DNA of 64,000 nucleotides from a virus. Lineage: Duplodnaviria; Caudoviricetes. The stretch covers positions 192,001-256,000 of IMG/VR virus record IMGVR_UViG_3300046820_001270; one strand, given 5' to 3'. The number at the start of each line of letters is the position of its first letter. The first letter of the stretch is position 1. Below are positions 17,241-26,798 of this stretch, one piece after another. The position numbers were made by a program, and so were the translations under genes. The notes beneath the pieces are model-generated. The model saw only the letters and a list, made by a program, of their open reading frames with translations, was not told the origin of the DNA and searched no databases.

Positions 17241-17983
17241 TGACAAAAAACGAAATACTATACAATGTCGGTTTAACCGACAAAGTTTATTCAGAACAAA
17301 AAGATATTGATTTTAAGGCACAAAGATTAAAATTAATTAAATGGATTGAGGATAAAAAATCAGATACTCAAGGATTTGTTGCAACTAAAGACAACACAAT
17401 TTATATTGTGTGGAGAGGTAGTTCTTCTAAAAAAGACTTCCAAAACGACGCATCAATAGATAAGGTACCTTTTGTTGAGGAAGGTGAAAAAGTTCACATT
17501 GGGTTTAAATCTTGTTGGGATGCCGTTAAGGACGACACATATAAGGCTTTAGATATTGCACTTAAAAACTTGGGTCAAGAACATTCAATTGACAATATTG
17601 TTGTTTGTGGACATAGTTTAGGTGCCGCAATTTCAACCTTATGTGCATATGAGATCTATTCAATTTATAAGTCAAATAAAATTATATGTTGTACAATTGG
17701 TAGTCCAAGAGTTGGTAATAAAGTGTTCAAACAAAACTTTGACAAATCTCCAATTGAATCATTAAGGATTGTAAACAATTTAGACGTTGTTACTCGTGCT
17801 CCAAATATCGGATATCATCATGTTAATACCGAATTACGTATTGATAGTGAGGGTAAAATCAAAAAATGGATGATTGATTGGCAAAGAGTTGGTGAATACC
17901 TTAAAGCCGTATTTACAGGTAGGACAGCTAAAGATCATATGACAAATAACTACATAAGTGCATTAAATAAATGGAACCCATAA
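17240..17983 (+). CDS. Lipase class 3
   Basis: IVWRGS lid, VHIGF, GHSLG nucleophile elbow, IGSPRVGN, DVVTRAP, YHH. Confidence 0.9.
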   Translation: MTKNEILYNVGLTDKVYSEQKDIDFKAQRLKLIKWIEDKKSDTQGFVATKDNTIYIVWRGSSSKKDFQNDASIDKVPFVEEGEKVHIGFKSCWDAVKDDTYKALDIALKNLGQEHSIDNIVVCGHSLGAAISTLCAYEIYSIYKSNKIICCTIGSPRVGNKVFKQNFDKSPIESLRIVNNLDVVTRAPNIGYHHVNTELRIDSEGKIKKWMIDWQRVGEYLKAVFTGRTAKDHMTNNYISALNKWNP

Positions 17984-17992
17984 AAAAAATAT

Positions 17993-18712
17993 ATGAAAAA
18001 ATTATTAACATTATTAATCGTTTGTTTAGTAAGTCTTGTTGCAAATAGTCAAACAATAGGTAAGACTAAGACAGAGGACTTTAAGGCGGACTTTGAAAAG
18101 AAAAAAGATATAAGTGCTTACTTAGATTATGAGGGTCCTCAAATACCCGTTCAAATCCTTAAATGTGGTATTTCTGACGAGGTGTATGAAATGTACCCTG
18201 AATTGAAAGAAAAACGTGTAGGTTTGGGTGTTGCGAATATTTCTATGGAATACCTTGAAAACTTAAACAGATTCAAATTTACCGAAGATAAAACGGAAAT
18301 TAAGAATCGTATGGTAAAACAATTTCAAGCGTCTGCCGCAGGTATTTCTGAAAACAAATTAGACGGTCGTGGTAAAATCAATTTAGCCAAGTATTTTGTA
18401 ACTATTGAGTGTTATGACTATTCCGTATCAGAAGACGAAACTATCAACCTAAAAGACGGTATTAAGGACAATATGGTTACTCGTATCGGTTTACAAGTTA
18501 GATTTACAGATGCGGAAACAGGTTTAGTGTTTGCAGGTTCAGGTTTAGGTGAGGCTAAAACAACGAGAGAATTAACTCTATTGTCTGACGCAACTATAGA
18601 CCCAATAAAATTTAACCAATCAACTATCAGTATTTCAACCAAAAAAGCATTAGACATTGCGGTTGCAAATATCCTTGATAGAATGATTAAAAAAGGTATA
18701 TTCACAAAATAA
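17993..18712 (+). CDS. csgG: CsgG-family secretion-pore-like protein
   Basis: Signal peptide; LGVANISMEYLENLNRFKFTE...AKYFVTIECYDYSV...RIGLQVRFTDAETGLV. Confidence 0.7.
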   Translation: MKKLLTLLIVCLVSLVANSQTIGKTKTEDFKADFEKKKDISAYLDYEGPQIPVQILKCGISDEVYEMYPELKEKRVGLGVANISMEYLENLNRFKFTEDKTEIKNRMVKQFQASAAGISENKLDGRGKINLAKYFVTIECYDYSVSEDETINLKDGIKDNMVTRIGLQVRFTDAETGLVFAGSGLGEAKTTRELTLLSDATIDPIKFNQSTISISTKKALDIAVANILDRMIKKGIFTK

Positions 18713-18942
18713 TGAAATACGAAATTGTGGACGTCCCACAACCTGAAAATTGTGAAAAATGTACCCCATGTTTAAGAATAAGATTAATGGAAATGGGGTT
18801 TATTACAGGTGAAAAAATTGAATTTGGAGAAAAAAGGTTAGGGTTATACACGGTTAACATACTAACCGAAAACGATCATGTTTCATCGGTCGTCGCATTA
18901 AGACAAGAAGAATTAGATAGAATATGTTTAAAAGGGGTTTAA
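18712..18942 (+). CDS. feoA: FeoA-domain (SH3-like) protein
   Basis: LRIRLMEMGFITGEKIE...VVALRQEE. Confidence 0.8.
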   Translation: MKYEIVDVPQPENCEKCTPCLRIRLMEMGFITGEKIEFGEKRLGLYTVNILTENDHVSSVVALRQEELDRICLKGV

Positions 18943-18956
18943 TAACCCCTTTTTTA
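18932..18956 (+). terminator. Intrinsic terminator
   Basis: AAAGGGGTT-taat-AACCCCTTT-TTT. Confidence 0.8.
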
Positions 18957-18969
18957 GTATTTATATAAT

Positions 18970-19149
18970 ATGAATAAGTTTTATAGAATATATGATGATA
19001 GAGTTTTCTTTGGTGTATGTGGGGGATTAAGCCACAGAACCAATATAGATCCATTAGTTTGGAGACTATTATTTTTCTTTCTAATATTTTCACCATTACC
19101 AATAATAACAGGATATTTATTAACCTCAATTTTAACTAAAAGCGTATGA
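18970..19149 (+). CDS. pspC: PspC-domain membrane protein (59 aa, missing from the ORF track)
   Basis: Translated by hand: MNKFYRIYDDRVFFGVCGGLSHRTNIDPLVWRLLFFFLIFSPLPIITGYLLTSILTKSV. ATGA overlap with the next gene. Confidence 0.85.
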   Translation: MNKFYRIYDDRVFFGVCGGLSHRTNIDPLVWRLLFFFLIFSPLPIITGYLLTSILTKSV

Positions 19150-19988
19150 AAAAAGTTTTATTAGTTACAGGATTAATTTTTATATTAATTCTAATATGTA
19201 CTTTCATGTTAAGTGCACAAGTGTCATCTTGGAGAAGTAATCCTCCACAACAAAAAACTGAAACACCAAGAGTTCAACCATCTGTATCACAACAAAATAA
19301 TGTGAGTCGATGGAGAACACAAACCGCACCTATTAGACCAGGTGATAAATATGAATTACCACAATCAACTCGTAGAGTTAGAGTACAAAATTGGGGTAGA
19401 CCAAATCCCTACGGTTACTATTGGAGTAATTGGGGTTGGTATCAACCATTCCCTTATATTTGGTACGATGACTTTGGATGGAGACAACGAAGTGTAATTC
19501 ATGTATATGAAAATGGTAGAAGAGATACGATTAAAAAAGAATCGGTTTATACCTCTTTTGGTATCGGACACACAAATAATAAACAATCGTCTTTTTGGGG
19601 TGCTGTAGGAAGAAAGAAAGGTTATTTTATTTTAGATTATACAATGTCTTACGATATTGACCAAAATAAATTTTACCCGAATGGTAGAATTAATGAAGTG
19701 GATTTCCCATTAAGTAAGAATGACTTTATCAAAGAAGGAACTTTATATCTCGGAGGAGGTAAAAGATTTGGTAAGTTAGGTGTTCACGGAATGATTGGTT
19801 TTGGGAATGAGAATATCAGATATCAAGGTAAAGATGATCTTGGAGGTATATCTTTTCCTAAATCAAACTCAAATTTTACAACACTTAAATTTGGTATTAT
19901 AAGAGACTTCAATTTCTTTACATTAAAATTAGACAGAGATCCAATAAGAAATTTTAATCAAATATCAATAGGATTACATAATAAGTAA
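19146..19988 (+). CDS. Secreted protein with Trp/Tyr-rich linker and probable C-terminal beta-barrel
   Basis: Signal peptide; amphipathic strands ending ISIGLHNK. Confidence 0.65.
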   Translation: MKKVLLVTGLIFILILICTFMLSAQVSSWRSNPPQQKTETPRVQPSVSQQNNVSRWRTQTAPIRPGDKYELPQSTRRVRVQNWGRPNPYGYYWSNWGWYQPFPYIWYDDFGWRQRSVIHVYENGRRDTIKKESVYTSFGIGHTNNKQSSFWGAVGRKKGYFILDYTMSYDIDQNKFYPNGRINEVDFPLSKNDFIKEGTLYLGGGKRFGKLGVHGMIGFGNENIRYQGKDDLGGISFPKSNSNFTTLKFGIIRDFNFFTLKLDRDPIRNFNQISIGLHNK

Positions 19989-21430
19989 TGAAAAAAATAA
20001 TATTACTCATTTTTATTATTTTTAACGTTTTAACTTTAAAATCACAAACGTACACACAAACTTTTATAGATAAGTGTACGGGTGAAAAAAAAGTTGCAAC
20101 AACTACCATGATAAATGGTAATGCTCAAGTTTCATTTTATAGTCAAGTTAGAACATTTACACCAATTGAAGTTCAGACAGGACAATTACAAATATGGTTG
20201 CAAACAACATATGCCACATATAACTCTTTAGCTTGCCCTACTAGTCAAGTGGTACAACAAACTGTACAGAATACCGTAACTCAAGCAACTTCACAAGCGG
20301 CAAGTGCTGCCGCATCAAATGCAGCTTCAAATGCCGCAAGTTCGGCAGCATCTTCTTCGGCGTCCGCTGCCGCAAGTAGTACCGCATCATCTGCGGCTTC
20401 AACCACAGGTTCATCTGTATCAAGTAGTGGAGCATCCACTTCGTCATCAGCACCACCTCCAAGTTCATCATCAAGTAGTTCATCATCAAGTAGTTCATCG
20501 TCGTCTTCGTCTGAAAGTAGTTCATCATCTTCAAGTAGTTCTTCATCTGAAAGTAAAACAGAATCTAAATCAGAAACTAAGAGTGAATCTAAATCAGAAG
20601 AAAAGAAATCGGAAAGTAAGAGTGAAGAAAAAAAGGAAGAGAAGAAATCTGAAGAAAAGAAAGAAGAGAAAAAAGAGGAAAAGAAAGAAGAAAAAAAGGA
20701 AGAGAAGAAAAAGGAAGAGAAGAAAAAGGAAGAAAAGAAAAAAGAAGAGAAGAAAGAAAAAAAGAAAAGTGGCGTATTAAACCCAATGTTAATTGCTTCA
20801 GATTATACCGTAGCACAAAATGCGGATAAAAGTTTTGGTTCTATGTTAGGTTTGGGTTGGAGTAAATCTTCTTTAATGGGAGATGAATCATTTTCGGTAA
20901 ATTCAATTATTTGGACTAACCTTAAACAATTTGCACTTGGTGGTGGTTATACAAAAATGGATTTTAAAGATGGTAAGTTAAACGCAATACATTCATATGG
21001 AGTGACTACGGCGTATCTCGATGGTAATTATATGGCACTATTAGGATACACATGGATTAAACCACATCCAAAATACGGAACGTTTGGTTACAACTTAGGT
21101 GTAGTAAATTTATTTTTAAAAGGAACAAAACAAAAATTTGATTATAGTACTGTGACATCGGCAGTTGTGTTTTGGACTAAACCTTATCAGTACAGTAAAA
21201 AATTGTCTATATCTCCACAGGTATTCGTAATGTCATCTCCATTGTCATATAATTCTTTTATGGGAACATCTTCTGTTAATAGACATGCAGGATTTTTAAT
21301 GGGTAGTTCTTTTGATTATAAATTAAGTAAAAGATTTGGATTTAGTTTTAATTATAAAATGAATTTCTCAACTCAACCGTACTCACCAGTTTTACATAAC
21401 TTCTTAGTTGGTAGTAGAATGGTATTATAA
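19988..21430 (+). CDS. Secreted protein with Ser/Ala-rich and Lys/Glu-rich linker and C-terminal beta-barrel
   Basis: Signal peptide; poly-Ser; KKEE repeats; amphipathic strands ending LVGSRMVL. Confidence 0.75.
   Translation: MKKIILLIFIIFNVLTLKSQTYTQTFIDKCTGEKKVATTTMINGNAQVSFYSQVRTFTPIEVQTGQLQIWLQTTYATYNSLACPTSQVVQQTVQNTVTQATSQAASAAASNAASNAASSAASSSASAAASSTASSAASTTGSSVSSSGASTSSSAPPPSSSSSSSSSSSSSSSSSESSSSSSSSSSSESKTESKSETKSESKSEEKKSESKSEEKKEEKKSEEKKEEKKEEKKEEKKEEKKKEEKKKEEKKKEEKKEKKKSGVLNPMLIASDYTVAQNADKSFGSMLGLGWSKSSLMGDESFSVNSIIWTNLKQFALGGGYTKMDFKDGKLNAIHSYGVTTAYLDGNYMALLGYTWIKPHPKYGTFGYNLGVVNLFLKGTKQKFDYSTVTSAVVFWTKPYQYSKKLSISPQVFVMSSPLSYNSFMGTSSVNRHAGFLMGSSFDYKLSKRFGFSFNYKMNFSTQPYSPVLHNFLVGSRMVL
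20290..20770 (+). repeat. Low-complexity Ser/Ala and KKEE coding repeats
   Basis: AGTAGTTCATCATCA and GAAGAAAAGAAA-type tandem units. Confidence 0.85.
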
Positions 21431-21462
21431 AAAAATCCTCGAAGTAGAAACCTCGAGGATAT
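21430..21462. terminator. Terminator between convergent units
   Basis: aaaaaATCCTCGA-agtagaaacc-TCGAGGAT. Confidence 0.7.
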
Positions 21463-21517
21463 GACAAAAAATAAATGTACCTCTCTCCTGATACAATGTA
21501 AATTTAACTAAGATTTT

Positions 21518-21856
21518 TTAAAAAGTCAATTCTTTGTGGAGATTCAATACTTGACTACACATTTCGTAATCTTCATTTTCTTCAAAAAAAGGAAGAATAT
21601 CTCTTTTCAAAACAATCGTTTCACTACGGTGAAATTCAAATTCAGTATTCCAATCCGCGTCTTTAAATTTAGCAGATAATTTTAATACCAAAGATTTTTT
21701 TCTTGTGTTTTTAAATTCCTCAAAGATTTCAATTATTGATTTATAAATTTCTTCTTTGTTAGGTTCGTAAAAACTTTTCCAATCCTTATATACTCCATTG
21801 ATAATCAATTCTTTATAAGGTTTTTTTCTCCTCTTAGGTTGGTTTAGTTCTTCCAT
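21518..21856 (-). CDS. Hypothetical protein with a C-terminal UVR-like helix
   Basis: FEENEDYEMCSQV. Confidence 0.65.
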   Translation of the reverse strand: MEELNQPKRRKKPYKELIINGVYKDWKSFYEPNKEEIYKSIIEIFEEFKNTRKKSLVLKLSAKFKDADWNTEFEFHRSETIVLKRDILPFFEENEDYEMCSQVLNLHKELTF

Positions 21857-21927
21857 ATGTTATTGGGTTTAGTTTAGTTTAGAAACGGAGATAAAATTAA
21901 GTAAATTTATCAAACAAAAAAAATTAT

Positions 21928-22416
21928 TTATTCGTTTTCCACACTTCGATCCCACTTTGCCTTACGGGCCTCGGGAGAAAGGTGGAAAACTTCATCTATG
22001 GTATGTTCAATTTGGACTCTTACACAAGTTTGAGGTAATCTACAATTCATTAAATAATTGTTGATATAACCCATCATATTACCCGCACCGATCGGGTTTG
22101 CCGAATGAATGTATATTTGAGGTAAAGGTATTTTTTCATTCATACTCTCACTTACAATATAACGACAACAATCCATACCAGTCCTTTCATTAATGTTGTT
22201 ATAATCCAACATATAATTATTTTTTACATTTGTATAGTATTCAACCATAGCACCCTCACCTAAATCGTGATCTAATGATATCACTTCAAATGATGACAAT
22301 CCGTGCAGTTTAATTTGTTTTATAAATTCGTCATAATCTCTCGCAACAATCCATTCAGAATCTTTTGGTGTTCTTATATCATCAAGGTATAATCTCAATC
22401 TTTTATTAATTTTCAT
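21928..22416 (-). CDS. Cyclic-phosphate-processing receiver domain protein
   Basis: LYLDDIRTP...ISLDHDLG...TGMDC...IHSANPIG. Confidence 0.8.
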   Translation of the reverse strand: MKINKRLRLYLDDIRTPKDSEWIVARDYDEFIKQIKLHGLSSFEVISLDHDLGEGAMVEYYTNVKNNYMLDYNNINERTGMDCCRYIVSESMNEKIPLPQIYIHSANPIGAGNMMGYINNYLMNCRLPQTCVRVQIEHTIDEVFHLSPEARKAKWDRSVENE

Positions 22417-23476
22417 CTTTTTTAAATGGTTTTTCGTATTTAGGTTTCATTATTCTCCAAATAATTTGATCATATGGTTTTCCGTCCCACATTGCAAATA
22501 ATATTGGTCTATAAAATGTCTCAACATCACATTTTTCTAAATGTAATGCAAAATCTTTTTTTGTTGGCATTGGGTCTACATCTCCATATTTTCCATATCT
22601 AAAATAATCATGTATCTTACCACAATGTTCTCCAATTCTGTATTTGGCATATTCAAAAGAACTCACTTGTTGTTTAACCCACTTGTAAAATTCATCAGGT
22701 ACCCTATCTAAAAATTCATCCATAGGTTTTCCTTCTTTCATTAATTCCCAAATATCTTTTGATGAAAAATTGGTTAATATTTTATGTAATCTTTTATATT
22801 CTTCTCCTTTGATTTTCATACGAAAACCATTTTTAAAACGAATTACATAACCTTCTCTATCTTTACTAATTTCTTCTTTAAGTAAATCATATCCTTCTCC
22901 CCATGTTTTGTATGTCATAACAATTTCAAATCCAGATTCCTGCATCCAAAAAATACTACTATCAGGTATTTCATAACCAGTTTCAGTATGTATTGCACCA
23001 AGAACAACTAATTTTTCTTCACCTTTATAATCGACAACAATTCTATTTTCAGGATAAATAATTTCAAACAAATATGTATTGTCTTTTCTCCATGCACTAA
23101 TGTCATGTCTATCAAGAATTTCTTTACCCTTAATTGCCTGCGGTGATGTGAATGATCCGCGTGTTGCGAATATCCATTCATTTTCATAATTAAAAAGAAT
23201 ACCTAATGAACCATCCATTTTTTCATAAACAACATAATCTTCATTTGGAATATCTTCTGGTTTATGTTCTTCATAATTAAAAAATTTCTTAAATGGTCTT
23301 GCAACAATATCACCTTTTGAATTAGTAACTAATCCACGACATTGCAAAGTAATATCATCCCACAATCTTTCGTATTGAACTTTAGGAGAATAATTCCATA
23401 TGGTCAAATCTTTAGTAGGATGTGTTTGTTTATGCAACAAACCATCATTATAATATTTTTCTAATATGTCTAACAT
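22406..23476 (-). CDS. T4 Rnl1-like RNA ligase
   Basis: CRGLV, FKKFFNYEE, YEKMDGSLG (adenylation Lys), FEII, EGYV, MKIK. Confidence 0.92.
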   Translation of the reverse strand: MLDILEKYYNDGLLHKQTHPTKDLTIWNYSPKVQYERLWDDITLQCRGLVTNSKGDIVARPFKKFFNYEEHKPEDIPNEDYVVYEKMDGSLGILFNYENEWIFATRGSFTSPQAIKGKEILDRHDISAWRKDNTYLFEIIYPENRIVVDYKGEEKLVVLGAIHTETGYEIPDSSIFWMQESGFEIVMTYKTWGEGYDLLKEEISKDREGYVIRFKNGFRMKIKGEEYKRLHKILTNFSSKDIWELMKEGKPMDEFLDRVPDEFYKWVKQQVSSFEYAKYRIGEHCGKIHDYFRYGKYGDVDPMPTKKDFALHLEKCDVETFYRPILFAMWDGKPYDQIIWRIMKPKYEKPFKKDEN

Positions 23477-23479
23477 AAA

Positions 23480-23722
23480 TTATTTTACGGGTCTGAATAA
23501 ACCGATGTTGTACGTATATTTTAACCAGTTTATAGACAAATATACACCACATATTTTGTTTTTCCAAATAGATACATGGGAATCGGGATGACAAGTATCA
23601 AAATAAAAATAAACAAAAGGTAATGGATATAATGACCATTGGTTTCTATGTAAGTTAGCGTGGAATTTCATCTTAGGTTTTGGATTTACGGATTCAACAT
23701 AAGAAGAAATAAATTGACTCAT
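23480..23722 (-). CDS. Hypothetical protein
   Basis: 80-aa ORF coupled within the operon. Confidence 0.6.
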   Translation of the reverse strand: MSQFISSYVESVNPKPKMKFHANLHRNQWSLYPLPFVYFYFDTCHPDSHVSIWKNKICGVYLSINWLKYTYNIGLFRPVK

Positions 23723-24150
23723 TAAAGTTTAACTTGAAATCTATTTTTCATTTGTTGAAGTTTATCTTCGGGAACTCCGTGGACATTTTCATTACCATGT
23801 CTGTTTTCAACAATTACTGTATGAACACGATAATTGTATCTTTCCGCCATTTTAAAATATTCGTCCATTTCCCATTCTTGGGTAAAAGTATTCGCAACAA
23901 CTATCCTAGCCTTTTGTTGTCTCATTCTTTCTGAGCATCTAAATTGACAATAGTTATGTGCTTCTTTTATTTTAGTCGGATCAAAATTGTAATCACCTTC
24001 TTTATCTTCAAAAAAATCATCAGCAGATAAAACCTCAGGTTCATCTGTACTTCTAAGTTGTAGTATGATTTTTGCTAATGTTGATTTACCTGAACCAGGT
24101 AATCCTCTCAATAATATTAATTCACCTTGTGTCTCGTTTACACTATCCAT
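23722..24150 (-). CDS. P-loop polynucleotide-kinase-like protein (AAA_33/N4BP2-like)
   Basis: LRGLPGSGKST, SADD, VANTF, NVHGVP. Confidence 0.88.
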   Translation of the reverse strand: MDSVNETQGELILLRGLPGSGKSTLAKIILQLRSTDEPEVLSADDFFEDKEGDYNFDPTKIKEAHNYCQFRCSERMRQQKARIVVANTFTQEWEMDEYFKMAERYNYRVHTVIVENRHGNENVHGVPEDKLQQMKNRFQVKL

Positions 24151-24203
24151 AGGAGAGATTTAAGATTAAAAAATTGGGGTTAGACTAATCCAACCCCGAT
24201 TTC

Positions 24204-24416
24204 TTATTTTACAGCTTCATTAGATACTGGTTTTTCAGCATCTTCTTTTACTGCACCACCTTCAACAGGGGCAACAGTTGAATCCGCTACCACTGCAGTT
24301 GTGTCTGCAACAGGAGCTACTGTAGAGTCAGTTGTTTGAGTTGCGGTTGACCCAGAACCACATGCTGATAGTGTTAATACAACACCAAGAGCCAAAATAA
24401 ATGTTACTTTTTTCAT
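24204..24416 (-). CDS. Small lipoprotein
   Basis: MKKVTFILALGVVLTLSA-C lipobox; DSTV/DTTA repeats. Confidence 0.8.
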   Translation of the reverse strand: MKKVTFILALGVVLTLSACGSGSTATQTTDSTVAPVADTTAVVADSTVAPVEGGAVKEDAEKPVSNEAVK

Positions 24417-24460
24417 ATATAGTAAATATACGAAAATTAAATTAGAAAACCAAATCCAAT

Positions 24461-24491
24461 AAAAAAACCCCAACGAGATGTCGGGGTTTAA
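24461..24491 (-). terminator. Intrinsic terminator
   Basis: Minus strand AAACCCCGAC-atctc-GTTGGGGTTTTTTT. Confidence 0.75.
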
Positions 24492-24607
24492 GGTCTTTGG
24501 GTGGGTTCAACCCCACTTACTTTTGAAAAAAACGAAAAGGTAATCGACAAAGAGAACCTATAGTGATATAAATATATATAACTTTAGTAAAAAGTCAAGT
24601 ATTTACA

Positions 24608-26620
24608 TTATTTTTTTGAGATTATTAAATTTTCGTCCTTATATTTCAAAGTATATTGTACGTTTTCTAAAATTGTACCTTTTAAAATTTCTTCACTTAA
24701 AAAGTCTTCACAAAGATTTTGAATGATACGTTTTAAAGGACGTGCACCATATTCTTCTTGTGAATTCAAATCATAGATTCTATTAATCACAGTTTTATCA
24801 AAATTAATTTTGTAGTTCTTTTCAATTAAACGTTTATTCAATCTATTAACTTCAATATTAATAATTTTCTTTAATGTATCGTTATTCAATGAATTGAATA
24901 AAATAATATCATCAATACGATTTAAAAATTCAGGATTGAATTGTTGTTTCAACGCCTTTTGGATCATTGTCTTTCTAACTTCGTATTGTTGTTCTTCACT
25001 TGATGAGGTTTTAAATCCAACACCACCACCTAAATCAGAAACACGTTTTGCACCAACGTTGGAAGTCATGATAACAATCGTATTTGTAAAATTAATTTTT
25101 CTACCAAATGAATCAGTTAAATGACCTTCATCTAAAATTTGTAATAAAATATTGAATACATCTTTATGTGCCTTTTCAATTTCATCAAATAATACAACAG
25201 AGAATGGGTTATTTTTAATTTTCTCAGTCAACTGACCTCCTTCATCATAACCAACATAACCTGGAGGAGAACCAATTAATTTAGATACATTATGTTTCTC
25301 CATGTATTCACTCATATCAACACGAATAATTTTATCAGGATCACCAAATAAAGTTTCCGCAATTGATTTAGCAAGATATGTTTTACCAACACCTGTCGAT
25401 CCGATAAAGATAAACGAACCAATTGGTTTATTTGCCTCTTTGATACCGACACGATTTCTTCTGATTGCCTTTGAGATGGTTTTAACTGCCTCATCTTGAC
25501 CGATTACTTTAGAAGTTAATGTTTCTTCTAATTGTAATAACTTTTTAGTTTCTTTTGTGTCAAGTTTAGTAATTGGAACTCCTGTCATATCACTAATAAT
25601 GTCATAAACATCGTCTAATGAAACTGGTGTCTTATTATCTTTTTGTTTTTCCGACCATTTTAATTTTTCATCTTCCAGTTTTGTTGTTACTTTTCTTTCT
25701 TCATCACGAAGCTTCGCAGCTTGTTCGTAATTTTGATTTTTTACAACTTGAACTTTCTTTTCTTTAATAGTATCAATTTCCTTTTTTAATTTTTCAATTA
25801 CTTCAGGAATTTTAGATGATACTCTTTTTTCAGAACCTAATTCATCCAACACATCAATTGCCTTATCAGGAAATTGTCTATCAGTAATGTAACGTCCTGA
25901 AAGTTTAACAATTGTTTCTAATACACCTTCTTCATAACTTACTTTGTGGAAGTCTTGATATGATGTTGTTAGATTTTTAAGAATTTCTAATGTTTCTTCT
26001 TCGGTTGGTTCTTGTAAAACTATTTTTTGAAAACGACGAACTAATGCCGCATCTTTTTCAATGTGTTTTTTGAATTCATCAAAAGTTGTTGCACCAATAC
26101 ATTGTAATTCACCACGTGCTAATGCGGGTTTCAAAATATTAGCAGCATCCATCGCACCACTTGCATTACCCGCACCAACCATAGTATGTAATTCATCTAT
26201 GAAGATAATAACGTTTGGGGCTTCTTGTAATTCATTAATAATTGCTTTAATTCTCTCTTCAAATTGACCACGGTATTTTGTACCCGCAACTAAAGATGTT
26301 AAATCTAAAGACATGATACGTTTATCTAAAAGATTTGAAGGGCAATCTCCTTTATGAATCATCAATGCTAATTTTTCTACTAATGCTGATTTACCAACAC
26401 CAGCCTCACCAACAATAACAGCATTGTTTTTCTTTTTACGAGAAAGAATTTGTGCAATTCTTTTTACCTCTTTATCTCTACCAACAACAGGATCAATTTT
26501 ACCCTCTTCAGCCATCTTAATAAGATCACGAGAGAAATTGTCTAAGATTGGTGTGTTTGACCCTTTTCTAACCTTCTTGGGGTTTGTGGTTGGTCCGTCC
26601 TCAAAAAAATCTACTGACAT
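24608..26620 (-). CDS. clpC: ClpC/ClpB-family AAA+ chaperone lacking the Clp-N domain
   Basis: Two NBDs ([16 protein letters not shown]), UVR-type middle domain ([13 protein letters not shown]), YGARPLKR. Confidence 0.9.
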   Translation of the reverse strand: MSVDFFEDGPTTNPKKVRKGSNTPILDNFSRDLIKMAEEGKIDPVVGRDKEVKRIAQILSRKKKNNAVIVGEAGVGKSALVEKLALMIHKGDCPSNLLDKRIMSLDLTSLVAGTKYRGQFEERIKAIINELQEAPNVIIFIDELHTMVGAGNASGAMDAANILKPALARGELQCIGATTFDEFKKHIEKDAALVRRFQKIVLQEPTEEETLEILKNLTTSYQDFHKVSYEEGVLETIVKLSGRYITDRQFPDKAIDVLDELGSEKRVSSKIPEVIEKLKKEIDTIKEKKVQVVKNQNYEQAAKLRDEERKVTTKLEDEKLKWSEKQKDNKTPVSLDDVYDIISDMTGVPITKLDTKETKKLLQLEETLTSKVIGQDEAVKTISKAIRRNRVGIKEANKPIGSFIFIGSTGVGKTYLAKSIAETLFGDPDKIIRVDMSEYMEKHNVSKLIGSPPGYVGYDEGGQLTEKIKNNPFSVVLFDEIEKAHKDVFNILLQILDEGHLTDSFGRKINFTNTIVIMTSNVGAKRVSDLGGGVGFKTSSSEEQQYEVRKTMIQKALKQQFNPEFLNRIDDIILFNSLNNDTLKKIINIEVNRLNKRLIEKNYKINFDKTVINRIYDLNSQEEYGARPLKRIIQNLCEDFLSEEILKGTILENVQYTLKYKDENLIISKK

Positions 26621-26700
26621 AAATAATAAGTTTAGTTTACAGTACAAACATAACATATTCCATACTAAAAACCAAATGGTTGTGTATAAATTTATTTTAA

Positions 26701-26771
26701 TGACAAGTTGTCAAATAAAATTATAAAACTATGACAAGTTGTCTAAATTTATGTGTTGGCAAATATTTTGA
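26701..26771 (+). promoter_or_regulatory. Two TGACAA-G-TTGTC palindromes and a sigma54-like TGGCA-N7-TGA site upstream of hsp20
   Basis: TGACAAGTTGTCA 26701-26713; TGACAAGTTGTCT 26732-26744; TGGCAAATATTTTGA 26757-26771. Confidence 0.55.
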
Positions 26772-26798
26772 TAATTTAAGGGTATAAAACAATTTATT

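Noticed and set aside
18854-19129. 91-aa minus-strand ORF
   Set aside because: Shadow of the plus-strand FeoA and PspC genes.
20241-20816. Alternative-frame ORFs rich in His/Gln/Arg or Phe/Ser/Leu
   Set aside because: Frame artefacts of the Ser and KKEE repeats.
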